Assembly (NCBI GenBank): GCA_013265495.1
Contig: MU058584.1
Span: 2,670,508-2,734,507 of the forward strand
Direction of reading: 5' to 3'
Length of the DNA: 64,000 nucleotides
From: Vicugna vicugna
Taxonomy: Eukaryota
How positions within the stretch are numbered: the first letter of the stretch is position 1; every line of letters starts with the position of its first letter. Shown piece after piece: positions 11,126-23,575 of this stretch. Both the position numbers and the translations under genes were made by a program. The notes beneath the pieces are model-generated. The model was not told where the DNA came from, searched no databases, and worked only from the letters and a program-made list of their open reading frames with translations.

Positions 11126-12210
11126 TTGAAGATGATGATGATTATGATGTAGAAAAGGCTGGCTATGAAATAGGAGAGAGAAATTAGTTTAAAAAAAAAA
11201 GGGAGGAGAGAGAGATGACAGATCATAACGTCAGAGATCAGGAGAATCAGGATGAGATAGCAGAGCATGGAAAGAAAAGGACTGCTTAGGACCAGGGCTG
11301 TGAACAATGCAAGGACGTCAGCAATCAGCTTCTCGGTAGTTCCGGCTGTGGACTTGGAAGCCAGTCCCGGCAGTAAAATGGAACCAGGGTCTGCGTTCTC
11401 ACCTGCTTTACTGGCCCCGGCTAGGGCTTGCACATAGCCTGTCCACACCGGATTTGTCTGCCTTTACCCAACTAGCAGCGCTGGCATGGTTGGATGAAAT
11501 GCCTTCTTTCTCTCTATGCATCAAAGTAAAATCCAAGAGGTTAACTGAGGCTTAATTTTCTTCTCAGTATCAATACAGCTGACTTTTTCACCCATGAGTT
11601 CCCCTGGCTCCCTCTAATCTCTTCACCGCCTGCTCTACTGACCTCTAGAAACCAGACGATAGATTCTGTCTCATCCTCATGCCTACCCGCCAGGCTGAGG
11701 ACACAACTTCCCATAGACAGAAAGACCGGAGACCACGGCAGTCTCACGCAAACCCAGATCTATCCCAGGGCAGGGGCTTTGAGACCCGTGAAGACTGAGC
11801 AGGAACAGAAGGGGAGCCCACCATGATGACATTTCAGAGGGTTCCTGAACCAAGAGCGTGTTTGGAAAGACTGAGCTCTTCATTAACCTGGACCCAGAAC
11901 ACTGCAGACTTCCAAGGGAGCTTCTCAAGGCCTCCACACCATAGACAGTAAAGTGGGAGGATGAAAGACAAAATATGAGCGTGAGAAACCCTAATTCCAG
12001 CTCGAGGCCAAGTGGCTGTATGCTGTTTGTTCCCATCAAAATAAGAAGTCAGTGCCGCTTTTAGCCTTGGAAGGCAGACGACTACAAATCATGCCGCCTT
12101 TCCGCTCGCACTGACAAAACTAAGTTTTAATCAGGTGTAGGAACCCTTTGGTTTAGAAACTAGGAGAGGGTGGTGGTACAGGTCTTGAAAAGGCAGAAAT
12201 CTGCATATTA

Positions 12211-12243
12211 CTCAGTTTCCACCCTCTCCACCAGGGGGCAGCA
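12211..12243 (+). promoter_or_regulatory. Candidate CTCF site with upstream module
   Basis: Core CCACCAGGGGGCAGCA (12228-12243) fits CCASYAGRKGGCRS; CAGTTTCC lies upstream at the spacing of the ZF9-11 U-motif. Confidence 0.6.
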
Positions 12244-12929
12244 TAGCAGCGTTCATTAAGTGCCATGTTGACTTGGTAACTGAGGTCATCCAGGCACTGA
12301 GACAGGGATTGGCCCTAAGCCAAAACTGTCTGTCGGGAAAATCTGCTGCTGGGCGTCTGGGAGACCATGTGGCTAAAAAGAAGGAGAGATGGTGAGAGAG
12401 AGGAGGATTCAAAAGTATCGGGAACCAAAAGCATGGCTTGTGGCCTTAGAAGTAGTGACACGCGCAACCTTGTCAGCTGGCTCAAGGTCTCTGTCCTTGA
12501 GGCTGAGCCAACACCACCACAATGAGCAACTGAGCCTGTGGTCCTGGGGCGGTGGGAAAGTCTGCAGGGACAATAGGAGTGGCAGGATCTTCTATAGGAG
12601 ACAGTCACAACACTCTGCAGTGGGGAGAAAATGGAAAACAATAAGTGGCTGGCGGAGCCAATCAGAGTCCCTATCTCCCCGGGGCTCCTGGGGAGCTGTG
12701 AGAAGGACCATACAATGGGATGAGAACTGCTACGTGTGATGTCTGCACGTCCCAGAGGCTCCGTGAGGCGCTGGCTTCACCGAGAAGTGCAGGGTAATGC
12801 ACATGGCTCACCACTGACGGCAAATGTCACTGGCAATGGGCAGCTTTTACCTCCAAGTTGGGACTAAGTACTTTTCCTGTTCTCGCAGAGACTCTGCTCC
12901 AGGGCCAGCAAGGCAGTGTGAGACAAGCA

Positions 12930-13125
12930 GGGGCTTCTGACGTCTGACAACCTGGGTTCAAGTCTTGATCCCACCTTTGAGAATTTGAGCAAGTTTCAGA
13001 CTCTCTTGGTGCCTCAGTCTCTTTATCTATAAAGTGAGATCATAACTCTCTTGCAAGATGTTCTGGAGGTTAAATAAGATGATATATTTGAAGGATCGGA
13101 TACAGACTAGCTGCTCTGAATAAGA
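12930..13125 (+). mobile_element. MIR SINE
   Basis: 'cctgggttcaagtcttg...ttgagcaagtt...gcctcagtctctttatctataaagtgagatcataa'. Confidence 0.75.
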
Positions 13126-14416
13126 GAGCTATTAATCCCCTTTATTGAAATCCATTTAACATACCTGCCCGTGTAAGTATTGGTATAACATCATTTATTT
13201 CAAGACAGCTGACTGAGCCCAAAATAGAACTTCATGTGGATCTCTAGGCTCTGATCTTCATTACTAGATCAAATTAAATCAAACTTCAGCAAGCCTTTTG
13301 TATGTTCTTGGAGAAGAGACCAACAGACAAAAATGAAAGCACAAACACTCGAGAGGAAGTAGGGTGCATTTCATTCGGGCAACCATGGCTATGGTCCCCC
13401 CAACCCAAGGTAAATATTGACATTAGCCAACCAGTGTTGACCAACACCCACCTTCACTACCTCACCCTCAGCATCTGGGCAGGAAGTCAGCAGCTCCGTG
13501 TTCGGCCGGCCAGAGCCAACAGTTGCTATTTGGTTAATGCTGACATTATCTGACAAATATTTGGAACAGACGCTTTCCCAGTATCACTTCAGTTCTCAGA
13601 TGACTGCTTCTCCCTAAGGCTGCCGACCACGGTCTGGACCTACGCTGAGATGCCCGTAGTCTTGCTTGGGGCCCCGGACTGTCAGACGCCTCCCTCCCCA
13701 ACCCCAAGAGATCAGTCTCCCTCTCCCTTCATTTTAAAGATGGAAAGAAAGTAAGGCTAGAGAAGGAGCCATGACGACCCCTGACCACCGAGAAAGTTAA
13801 AACTATCGAGGGGACCAGCCAGCGCCTGGGGCTCAGTTAATGATCAAAAATAAAAAGGTTATAACATAGCCCAACAAGGGGTAGAAATGTGTCGCCCAGG
13901 CTCTGTGCCCCAACCAGCTGAATGAGTGGACAGCGTGGGTCAGACAGTGAGTCTCTCCTGCTGAGCGGCTCTCTCTTTTCCTTCCCTTTTCCTTGCAGAA
14001 TCCTGGGGAGCTGCCTGCGAGTCAGGCCAGAGAGCGAAAGACTGCGGTGAAACCGTGGATTCCAATCATCCAAGCCAGGGTGGCACAACTTGCATTATAG
14101 ACTTTCCATATTGTCACACGGACATGCGAGAAATGACAAGAAACATGAAACAGACACAAAGGAAAATATATGTTTCCTTTTTAGGGAGTTAAAGGTTTGG
14201 TTTCCTTTGAAAATGTCAGTTTTCCTTTGCCTTCAACCTCATTAGCCTCCTGGGACGCTCTTAAACACACCCAGCAAAGAACAGAGCAAAGGGAATGAGA
14301 TATTTTTAGCTGAGATTCTGGGCACAGATTCCTATTGTTCCACAATTTTTGGCTTGGCTGGATGGCACGTGGCCAGTACAATGTATACGCTCACAAAGAA
14401 TGTATGTTCCCTGGGC

Positions 14417-14433
14417 TGTGTGTGTGTGTGTGT
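14417..14433. repeat. (TG)n microsatellite
   Basis: About (TG)8. Confidence 0.85.
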
Positions 14434-15136
14434 AATAACAGTATGAAGGACAAGGACATTATTGATGATGCTTTGATGGGAAAGATTCTGAGATCCCAGC
14501 AGGGGGCAACACCGAGCTCTTCATGAATCCAATTTGCTTTTGTCACCATCACTTTTCATTATTACCACTGTGCTATACGTCCAAAAAAAAAAACAAACTA
14601 CATGGTCACAATCCAAAAGCACCCCATAGAAATCAACCGATACCAACAGCCCTGTATTAGGAACTTGATGGATTCTGCAGACCAGTGGTTCTGTTCCTAA
14701 ATCACCTGCTGCAGTAAGCAGTACATAACATTCAAAACATTACCAGTTGCTCCCACGTGTAACACCTCTTCTCAGAGATCACTCACTCTTTTGGGGGAGA
14801 CAAGGAAAGGCATACATTGACTGCCAGTAAACATCTCCCATCATGGCATAAAAGCCAAAGGGAGCCCCATGTAGGACTTTCCCTTTCCACGCGAGGGGTG
14901 GGAAAGGTCTCCGGATAACCTGAATTTCCAGAATGCCTTTATTTCAAAGATGTCAAAGCACGTGCATTCCTACAGAACATCTCAGCTCTGAAGTAAGTGG
15001 TGGTGGGGAGGCGTCTGGTGTTATTACCTGATTCTTTTTCCTTTTTTCTTTCTAAATGATCTGAGAAATTGCAGGGGTGGGGTACTGATTTCTTTATTTC
15101 GAATAAGAGGACAAAAGTTTTAAAAATAAATGGGTT

Positions 15137-15238
15137 GGGGGCAGGGTAGGATATAACTCAGTAATAGAGTGTGTGTTTGGCATGCATGAGGGGTCCTGGG
15201 TTCAGTCCGCAGTGCCTCTGTTAAGGGGTGGGAAAAAA
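15137..15238 (+). mobile_element. tRNA-derived SINE (Vic-1-like), short-tail type, diverged
   Basis: 'atataactcagtaatagagtgtgtg..tggcatgcatgag..gtcctgggttcagtccgcagtgcctctgttaagggg' + A-run; degenerate TSD aaaataaatgggt / agaataaactggt. Confidence 0.85.
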
Positions 15239-15807
15239 GAATAAACTGGTGCAGGAGTCTTTACGCATGTGTAATATGGAACAGTATTTACCAGAATAAT
15301 TACCTGATTCTATTATCCTCCTCACAGGTGAGGCATCCCTGTGGGGTACCCTGTGCACACTCCCCAAATCCAGCAGTGGCACAGTCTGAAGTCCAAAAGC
15401 CAGGTGTCCTGAATCCCTGATGCAGCCTCTTTCCCAGAAGACTGTGTTGCCTTCAAGCTAGACTCATGTGTCTTCAGAGCTCCAGAAAGGTTTCAACAAA
15501 GTCTGACCCAATGAACGTAAGACAGGTTTTATTCCTTGTTTTCATTTTTACCCTTCAAAAGTTTACCCTTTTATCCTTCACCTCTCTCCCCACCCATTAA
15601 AAACTGGAAGCCACCACACCCATTAGGAGGGCATTTACTAACCAGGAAACAAATTAAAGGTGGTGACCATCTAATTTATGGGCACGCGGCGGGGAAAAAT
15701 AATGAATTTTGCAGCATCTCTCACAAAGGGACACAAGGTCCTTACAATCAGCAAATCTTGAAAAGGAAGTTGGGAAGTCCAAATGATAGATCACTCTGGA
15801 AAGGGTT

Positions 15808-17500
15808 TTATTCATACATTGAATAAATAATTATTGAGTGTGTACGATTCTAGCTGCTCATATCAAGGCACTGTTCTAGGTGCTAGAAATGTAACAGTGA
15901 ACAAAACAGGCAAAATCCCAGCCCTTGGAGTTTACATGTGATTGAAAACAGACAGACACCAGATAAAACGTCCAATGAGGGCAGTGGATTAAAAGGAAGG
16001 CAGAAAAGAGGATAGGACGTGCCAGGGTGCGGAGTTGTTAATTTTCACTGAGCAGCTGATGTTTGAGCAAAGATCTGAAGGAGCTGGTGAGCAGTGAGCC
16101 TTACCACTAGCTGTGGGAAGAGCATTCCAGGCAGAGAGAACAGCAGGTGCAGAGGCCCTGGGGCAGAAGCACGACCAGCATGTTGGGGAAAGAGCATGGA
16201 GCCCAGTGGGGCTGGATGACGTGGCAAGGGCGAAAGTGCCAAGAGCCGTGACAGGAGAAGTCACAGGGGAGATGCTGGACAGGCCACAGAGGACCCTGCA
16301 GGTGACAGCGGGGACTTCAACTCCCCACCCGAAGCACCAGTGGAGAGTGTTTTGCAGAAAAGTGACCTGCTAGATGAAGTTCCTTTTTTTTTTTAATTCA
16401 CTGATGTGAAATTCACATAAGGTATTTTAAAGGGAACGATTCAGATGCATTCAGTACCTTCAAAGTGTTGTGCAAGCACCACATCTATCTCATTCCAAAA
16501 CACTTCCCTCACTCCAAAATGAAACCCATTACACATTAATCCATTTCTCCTCCATCCTCCCCTGCCCCCAAATGTGGGCAACCACCAAGCCGTGCTCTGT
16601 CTCTATTGATACACCGGTTCTGGATACGGAGTATCAATGCACCCATATAGTGCGTGTCCTTTTGTGTCTGGCTTCTTTCACTTAGCATGTCTACTATGTT
16701 CATCCACCTTGAAGCATGTATCAAAACCCCATTCCTTTTTATGGCTGAGTAATATTCCACTGGATGGCTACACCACATTTATTTATCCATTCATCTACTG
16801 ACGGACATTTGGGCTATTTCTACCTTTTGGCTACTGGGGACGGTGCTGCTAAGAACACGCGTATCCATGAACTTGCCTGAGTACCTGTTTTCAATTCTTT
16901 GGGGAATATACCTAGGATGGAGTTTTAATGGGATCATTATCAGTGCTGTGTTGAGGGCTATCTGTGTGGAGTGCAAGGTCAAAAGGAGGAGAGCCAATAG
17001 GAAGTTTCCAAAATACTCCAGGTAAGAGGAGACAGAGACTGAGAAGAAGTGGGCAGGAGACAGGAGCAAAAACAGGAAAGTGGAGTGGATGCCAAGTGAA
17101 GTGAGTGTTTCAAGGCAACAGGTGGGATGAACCCATCAAACGCTGCTAACAGATCTGGGAAGATGAGGACTGAGCACTGACCACCACGGGGCTCGGACAC
17201 GTGGAGGGGAGGGAGGGGGCATGGCTGCAGGGGGTGCTCGGCGGAGTGGAGGACATGGAGATGCAAGAGAAACAGCTCTTTCAAAGAGTTTTGTGAACAG
17301 GCACAGAGAAAGGGGGTGATGGATGGAGGGGAATATAGGGACAAAGGATGGTTTTAATGGGAGTAATGGTGGACTGTCCGCCGATAAGAATGATGTGGTC
17401 TGAGAGGAGTCTTCAGGGTGTACGGGGGTGGGGGGAGAAGCACGGGAGCTGGAGTGACATCCACAAGTGAAGGACTAGGGATCCCACGGGGTCCAGCGCA
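15808..17500 (-). mobile_element. L2 element interrupted by an L1 (L2 pieces ~15808-16380 and ~16925-17500)
   Basis: 'ttcatacattgaataaataattattgagtg...aggcactgttctaggtgctag...aacagtgaacaaaacaggcaaaatcccagcccttggagtttacat'; L2 resumes after the L1 with 'ttaatgggatcatt..cagtgctgtgttgag'; later 'tcaaacgctgctaacagatc..ggaagatgaggactgag'. Confidence 0.85.
16384..16920 (-). mobile_element. L1M (L1MB-like) 3' fragment nested in L2
   Basis: Poly-T start; 'tgtgtctggcttctttcacttagcat', 'ttcctttttatggctgagtaatattcca', 'ggacatttgggctatttctaccttttggcta', 'ttcaattctttgggg..tatacctagga'. Confidence 0.9.
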
Positions 17501-17989
17501 CACGTGGAGTGAGCACCGGCCTTAACTCAGAGCAAGGTAAGCCTCCTGGGTGCTGCAGGTAAAATCCACACTGAAAGGAGCCCGAGTCTGGACCACTCTG
17601 GATTGTTTGATCTAATCACAAGGAAAGCCACGCTTAAGTCAAAACATCACACAAATCAAAGCGCTAATATTTGACCATGAATATGCCAAATAATTTTCCT
17701 TTGCCTCAGACCTTTACTCTCCCTGTGATGTTCCTGGGCTAACATTGAAGCCACAGTCATGAGTGGCGGAGCAGCCGGCTCGGGAGTGAGTGGAGAGACT
17801 GAATACACCAAGCCCTGCACCTTACACAACATGCAAAACATTGAGGTCTTAGGAACGGCTTTGAGAGATACTGTCACCGTCTCAGTGGGGTGGCTTGTAA
17901 ATATTCCCACATCTACCGCCAATATCTACAAATAGGAAGTAATGTGGGAGGGATGTTAAAATATCTTTTAATAATATCATTTAAAGGGC

Positions 17990-18190
17990 AATGAGAGTGT
18001 AGTGGAAAGAGCACTGAAAGGCTCAAGTTTGAGATCCCACTCTACCACGTATTATCTGTGTGACCTCGGTCAAGTTAATTAACCTCTCTGAGCCTGAATC
18101 TTTCACCTGAAAGATGGGGTGAATGATACCCACATCACTGGTTTTCAGCAGCAAATGAGGGGATAGCTCTAAAAACAGTTTGTAAAACAG
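17990..18190 (+). mobile_element. MIR SINE
   Basis: 'tagtggaaagagcactg...ctgtgtgacctcggtcaagttaattaacctctctgagcctg..tctttcacctgaaagatgggg'. Confidence 0.85.
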
Positions 18191-18797
18191 TCCCTGGTTA
18201 TCCGTATAACCTGGCTTTCAGGGCTAGACGTGCCTCCTATTTTTACAAAAAAATTTGAAAGCTATTTCAAAGACTATATGACAAGCAAAAAGAATCCTCA
18301 GGAGGGGAGCCGTGCTTTCTCTATACTGGACCCAAAGTCAGAGAACAGGACAGAGAGAAATCCCCAAAAGCTCAGGCATATGGCCTCTTCAAGAGTCTAG
18401 ACTCATTACCTCACCCCTGCCTGAGCCACCAAAGGCTCACCGAGAGCTACTCAGAGATGGACTTCCTGTTTCATCATTTACTCCATTATCTCTTCAAGCA
18501 CACTCAGTCTGTTGGAGGGTTGGAGACAAAAGAGGGCAAGATAGTGGATCTAGACTCTCCATTTGGAGACTGGCTCCAGAGGGTGTTACCTGTCCCAGTG
18601 CTGAGAGCAGGGGTGCATGGGAGTATCCTGCTGAGAACCAGCTTCTCAGAGCCTGTGTGGACCGCTCTGCACGTCCATCCCCACACGAGTGATCACCAGG
18701 TCAGAGTTTGGCAAACTAACAGAATAAATGTGGGGACCGCCCCTGTACCCAGGGACATCAGGGTTTCAGCCCCACCAGACACCTCCCTGAGTGACCC

Positions 18798-18872
18798 TCT
18801 AGATCTTTCTGCAGTGATGTACATATCCTATGTCTGTGCTGTCCAATATGGCAGCCATCGGCCAACTTTACA
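18798..18872 (+). mobile_element. MER3-like hAT-Charlie fragment
   Basis: 'tagatctttctgcagtgatg..catatcctatgtctgtgctgtccaatatggcagcca'. Confidence 0.6.
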
Positions 18873-21800
18873 TGCTCCTGGAGAACAAGCATTAAGAGCT
18901 GGAAGGTGAGGCAGAAGCAGGAATGTGCAAACCCTGCTGTGTCCCTATTCACAGTCTCATCCTGCCCGTGACTACATGGCATGGCACTACACCGGGTACC
19001 CAAGCAGGACGATGGAGTCAACGCACGGAAGACAGAGAGTAGGAATCCGGAGAGAACCCTGACGACAGGGTTGAACTTCCAGACCAACATAGGAATTCAT
19101 CCCTCCCAGTTTCTGTTAAGTGAAAATCACTCTCCTGCTGGTTTAAACCCCTGGTCGGTCACTTTTACGTTACTTGCAGTATCAATATCCACTAAGTCAG
19201 AGAGTTCACCTGGGGTTTGGTCATGGACCTGATCTATGCATCCTATGCCGATCAAAGCCTGTGGATCCTGCAGGACACCCGACCGGGAAGGAACAATGCC
19301 TCAAGAACACAGAGCTGGGCAGTGATCAAACCTGAGAAGCAAAGGTCACTGAGGTCATCATAAAAAGGAAGAGAACCACACTTCGGCCTGCTGCTGAGCA
19401 GACAGAAACACCTGGAAGGAAGAGGAGGCACCAAGCCAGAGGGAGCGCCCAGGGCCCCCGCTGACCCATCGATGACCACTCAGCGCGCCGAGCGTGTCAG
19501 TGATCTGAATCCAGTGGGGAGGTTCCGCCCACCAGCTAGGCCCAGGGCGTGACGAGCTGGGCGCGTTCCCTGCCAGATCCTCGCTGCCTATCATCCTTTA
19601 CGGACACAAAAACAAATTCCACCATATGTTAAAGTTAATTGCAAACATTTGCTGCTGAAGAGAACTCCATTTTTCAAGAGCCCACAGAGATCCGGTTACG
19701 CCGGTGGCTGAAGCTCCAACCAGCCTCATCCGCTCATCAGAAGCAGCAGCGCCAGCGTGAGGGTGGCAACCACATTGGGGAAGGGACCCTCACTCATTCC
19801 TCCCTCCCCTCCCATCCCGCCTGACCCCACCTCCCCTGGGCTCAAACGCGTACACACCCCAGATCCAAGAATGTGCCACCCCTCCATCGACACAGATGGA
19901 AAACCACGGCGGGGGGAGCTGGAAGGACCGGGCTGAGGGGGTGGGGAGAGATGATGGCAGGGAGGGGCGGAAGGATGAGGAGGGCCTGGGAAGTGAGCTG
20001 GCTGTGTTCCACTGTCCAGTGATTGCTGAAATAAGAGGCACAGAGAAACCCAGAAGCCCCCAGGAGGCCCACAGCAGTCGGGCTGGTCTGCTAGGGGTCT
20101 GCTGGGGACCTGTGAGTGATGGTTATTGATGATGTGGTTCAGGAAGAGGCTTGTGAGGGTAAACCTGGGGCTGACAAGGCCCTCGGCTGAGAATGCAGCC
20201 CGGGGAAGTCCCCAAACAGCGCGGATGGCTGGAAAGAAGGCAGGACTTCCATGTTCCATGAACATCATTCCATGGACCACAGAGAGGCATTTATAAGCAC
20301 ATCCCTGGCAGCATGGAGAGGAAATCGGAGGATTTTCTGCAGCTCAGCCCAGGCACTGCACCCACATTCCCATCTGTCCCTGGAGAAGCATTCCGTGGTT
20401 TGGATTTGCACCAGCTCAGCTGGAGACACGGAGTGGGAGGAGCTGCGGCACCAAGTGCTCTCGCTCAGGTACGAGCATCATTAAGGATGAGTGAGGAGCG
20501 TTCTGTGCACTTGCCATCTCGGCAGGTCCAGTGTGCTGTGTCCGGCTGACGGAGAACTCGTTCTGAGCAAGCTCTTGCAGGAGGGATGTGTGAAGCCATC
20601 ACCATCACTGAGTGACCTGTCATACCAGAGACTCATCCCCAAGCCTTTCCAAAGAGTGAGTGGCATGTGTGGTCTAGTGAGGGGAGCCTGCTTGGCCAGA
20701 TTCACAGGGACCCAATATCACCCAGGGGCACCTCCTAACAGCAAGTCCCGAAATACTCTGCATCCATATGAAGACAATTCATCCAGCAGGTGCGAATGTA
20801 CAGCGGACTCAAAGGAGAGAAATCTGTCAAGAAAGGCCGGTCAACCCTCAGGGATCCTTTGGAGCCCGTCCACTCAGGCAAACCTCACCTTCCTGTCTGG
20901 GCTCCTAGACAATGAGCACCTACCTGCCTAACTCTGCTGGTTTGTGTCTTTTGATATGAACATTGCCACCACCAAACACCTGGCAGTGTTACTCACTATC
21001 TTATATGTAATAAATACATTTTTATTAAGCACCCACTGTACTGAGTCACCCCGTGCTATGAGTATCACAAAAGCACAGACTGTCCCTTACACGGGCAGGT
21101 CTCAGATCTAGTCGGAGGTTCAGAGCACAAGCAGGGGGAAAGCTCAGGGATGATACTAGAGCTGAGTGGGAGTTGAGGATGAGGATGCAGGAGGGCATTC
21201 AGTGGGGTGATGGCCGCAAACCCGGCAGCCCAGAAAAGCACAAGGACTACAGAGCGATGCCAGCGGGGACAAGAAACAACAAACACTCGTGTCATCACGC
21301 CCAGGACCCTCCTCGAGGCACTAGAGGAAGTCACTATTCCTCATGACCACCGTGAGTCAGACACAATTATCATCCCCATCTTACAGACGAGGTTAAGCGA
21401 GCATGACCTCACCCTAGGCTGACTGTGACGTATCGGCCCCGAGTCCTGGGCAGTGCACACCTGCCTGGGTTCCCAGGATGACTTTTTCTCTCTTCTCTGC
21501 TTTTCAGGTCCAAGTATGGCCTCCCCTGGCCATCCTCCACTCCCATCCTCAGTGCCGCCACACACATAAGTGTTTGTGTTCTCATCTTCATGTTCTAAGA
21601 ACACTTTACACATCTACTTCGGTTTATGTCGCTGAATTGATAAATACGGACTTATATCTGTCTCCCTCACCACATCGTGCCCCTAGAGGAGCAATACTCA
21701 TTTTTTTTTTTGGATCCCCAGCAGAGAGCATAGCACCTAGATCTGTAGTACAGTAGGTACTTAATAACTTTGTCAGATTTAATTGAACTGAATTGAATTG

Positions 21801-22164
21801 AGCTAATTTGGGGTTTCGGTTTTGGGGCACAGAAGTCAGGGCTTATTGCAAAGTACCTCTTAGAACTGAGGAGTGAGCACACTGCCCTTGGCTAGTCCAC
21901 CTTCCTAGCGCGGAACTCCAGGGGCAAGTATTTACTGCAGAAATCAGAGGTGGCAGCGGGACTGATGGATGGCCAGCACCCTCATAAAGAGCTGTGGGAC
22001 AGTCTCCAGCCACAGCCCCCGGGCTGCTGACTTTACAGCACTTTACAGCACTGTTGCCATAGCGGTCACGGATATAACGCACCATGGAGGCAAAAAAAAA
22101 AAAAAAAAAAAAAGAAAGAAATTCCCCTAGAGGTGAAAGAAACACTGGTGGGAACCCATTCACA

Positions 22165-22305
22165 GGCAAGCGTGAGTTACTTAAACTCTCCGAGCCTCAG
22201 TTTCTCTATCTGTAACATGGAGATAGTAACACATCTCAGAAGGTCATGGGGAGGATTAACTACAGCAATAGAGACTGAGCTGGAGCACAGTAGGTCCTCA
22301 ATACC
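22165..22305 (+). mobile_element. MIR SINE fragment
   Basis: 'agttacttaaactctccgagcctcagtttctctatctgtaacatggagatagtaa'. Confidence 0.8.
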
Positions 22306-23143
22306 TGACAGCAATTTCCATTTCCTTACCTGTTTTTAGGAATTCTAGTATCATTTCATCTTGCCAGAGTGAGGTTTTTGGGGGTCTGATTTCAACTTTT
22401 AATTTGAACACACTAGACCAGGATCGGTAGGAAGTCCGGGGTTAATGGTGGAAGGAACCCTATGGGTTCCAATAAATGAGGCTTCTCATTGATCAAACGC
22501 AGCCAGACTAACATCTGAAATTGCCACTGAGGGCTGCAGAGCTCAGCTCCTCCCAACTTCACAGCCCCCGAGGCCCCGAGTCCCAGACTGGGCTTCTGGG
22601 TCCCTGCAAGTCACTTGTTTGACTTTGTTGGTTAATACACTAAGGGAAGTTATTCATCAGCAAGTGTGAATAATACGCCCCAACCAGCAGCCGTCTGGGC
22701 TCTGCAGAGAGTCCAGTGCTCTGTGAGAAATGCCCCTGGAAAAAATGCCAAAGGGTGTCACACTCAACCTGACCGTGGGGACAGAGGTCTCCTCGCTTCC
22801 AGGTGACTTCTAACCACGTCACAATACCTTCCTTCACATACACCCCTGCCAAGTCCCGCTCCTCCGCCCTCAGTATCATGCCCCTGCCCCACGTCCAGCC
22901 CCTTGGCAAAGCCCCCTCCTTTTTTATATAACAAATCCAGACGTCAAACACCCAGTCATCTTGCTCCAGGGAAAAAACAGGTGCTGTGGAGGCAGCGAAG
23001 CCAAATGCTCTTGAATGGGGTGGGGGTGAGGGGGCAGGTGAAAGGGGAGGGAAAAGAGTGGGAATGAGAAACTACAGCCTCCAGGACAGGTAACTGGGAG
23101 AAACGTGCTCCTGTCGCTCTCGTTTCTAGAACATCCATGGTGC

Positions 23144-23146
<3 letters not shown>

Positions 23147-23181
<35 letters not shown>
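23147..23181. repeat. (TG)17 microsatellite
   Basis: Perfect TG run. Confidence 0.97.
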
Positions 23182-23183
<2 letters not shown>

Positions 23184-23348
23184 TCCCTGCGAGCGTGAAC
23201 ACCAGCCAGCTCAGAGAATAAGAGCAGGCTGGGGCTAGGCAAGGGAGGAAAGGGGGGAGGGGGCTTGAGAGATGTCGTGCAGGAGAGAGGGAAAATCAGC
23301 ACTCCTTCTGAGCGAGTCATCCCCACTGCCGCAGTCCTGAGAATGCAC

Positions 23349-23575
23349 TTTCTTTTTTTCAGCTGACGTATAGTCAGTTACACTGTGTCCATTTCTGGTG
23401 TACAGCATCATGTCCCAGTCATGCATATATATACATACATATATTTGTTTTCATATTCCTTTTTCATTAAAGGTGATTACAAGATATTGAATATAGTTCC
23501 CTGTGCTATGCAGAAGAAATTTTTTCTTATCTATTTTTATATACAGTGATTAACATTTGCAAATTGCAAACTTCT
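23349..23575 (-). mobile_element. Lineage-specific L1 3'UTR fragment
   Basis: T-rich start; 'tatagtcagttaca..gtgt..atttctggtgtacagcat' and 'attacaagatattgaatatagttccctgtgctat' match a cetartiodactyl L1 3' end in reverse. Confidence 0.88.

Noticed and set aside
19726..20280. 184-aa minus-strand ORF
   Set aside because: Pro-rich translation of a G-rich tract with no homology I recognise and no clear splice signals.
22455..22471. Perfect hairpin GGAACCC-tat-GGGTTCC (similar one at 63860-63878)
   Set aside because: 7-bp stems occur by chance at this scale; no miRNA-length stem, and the second lies within an MLT1 LTR.
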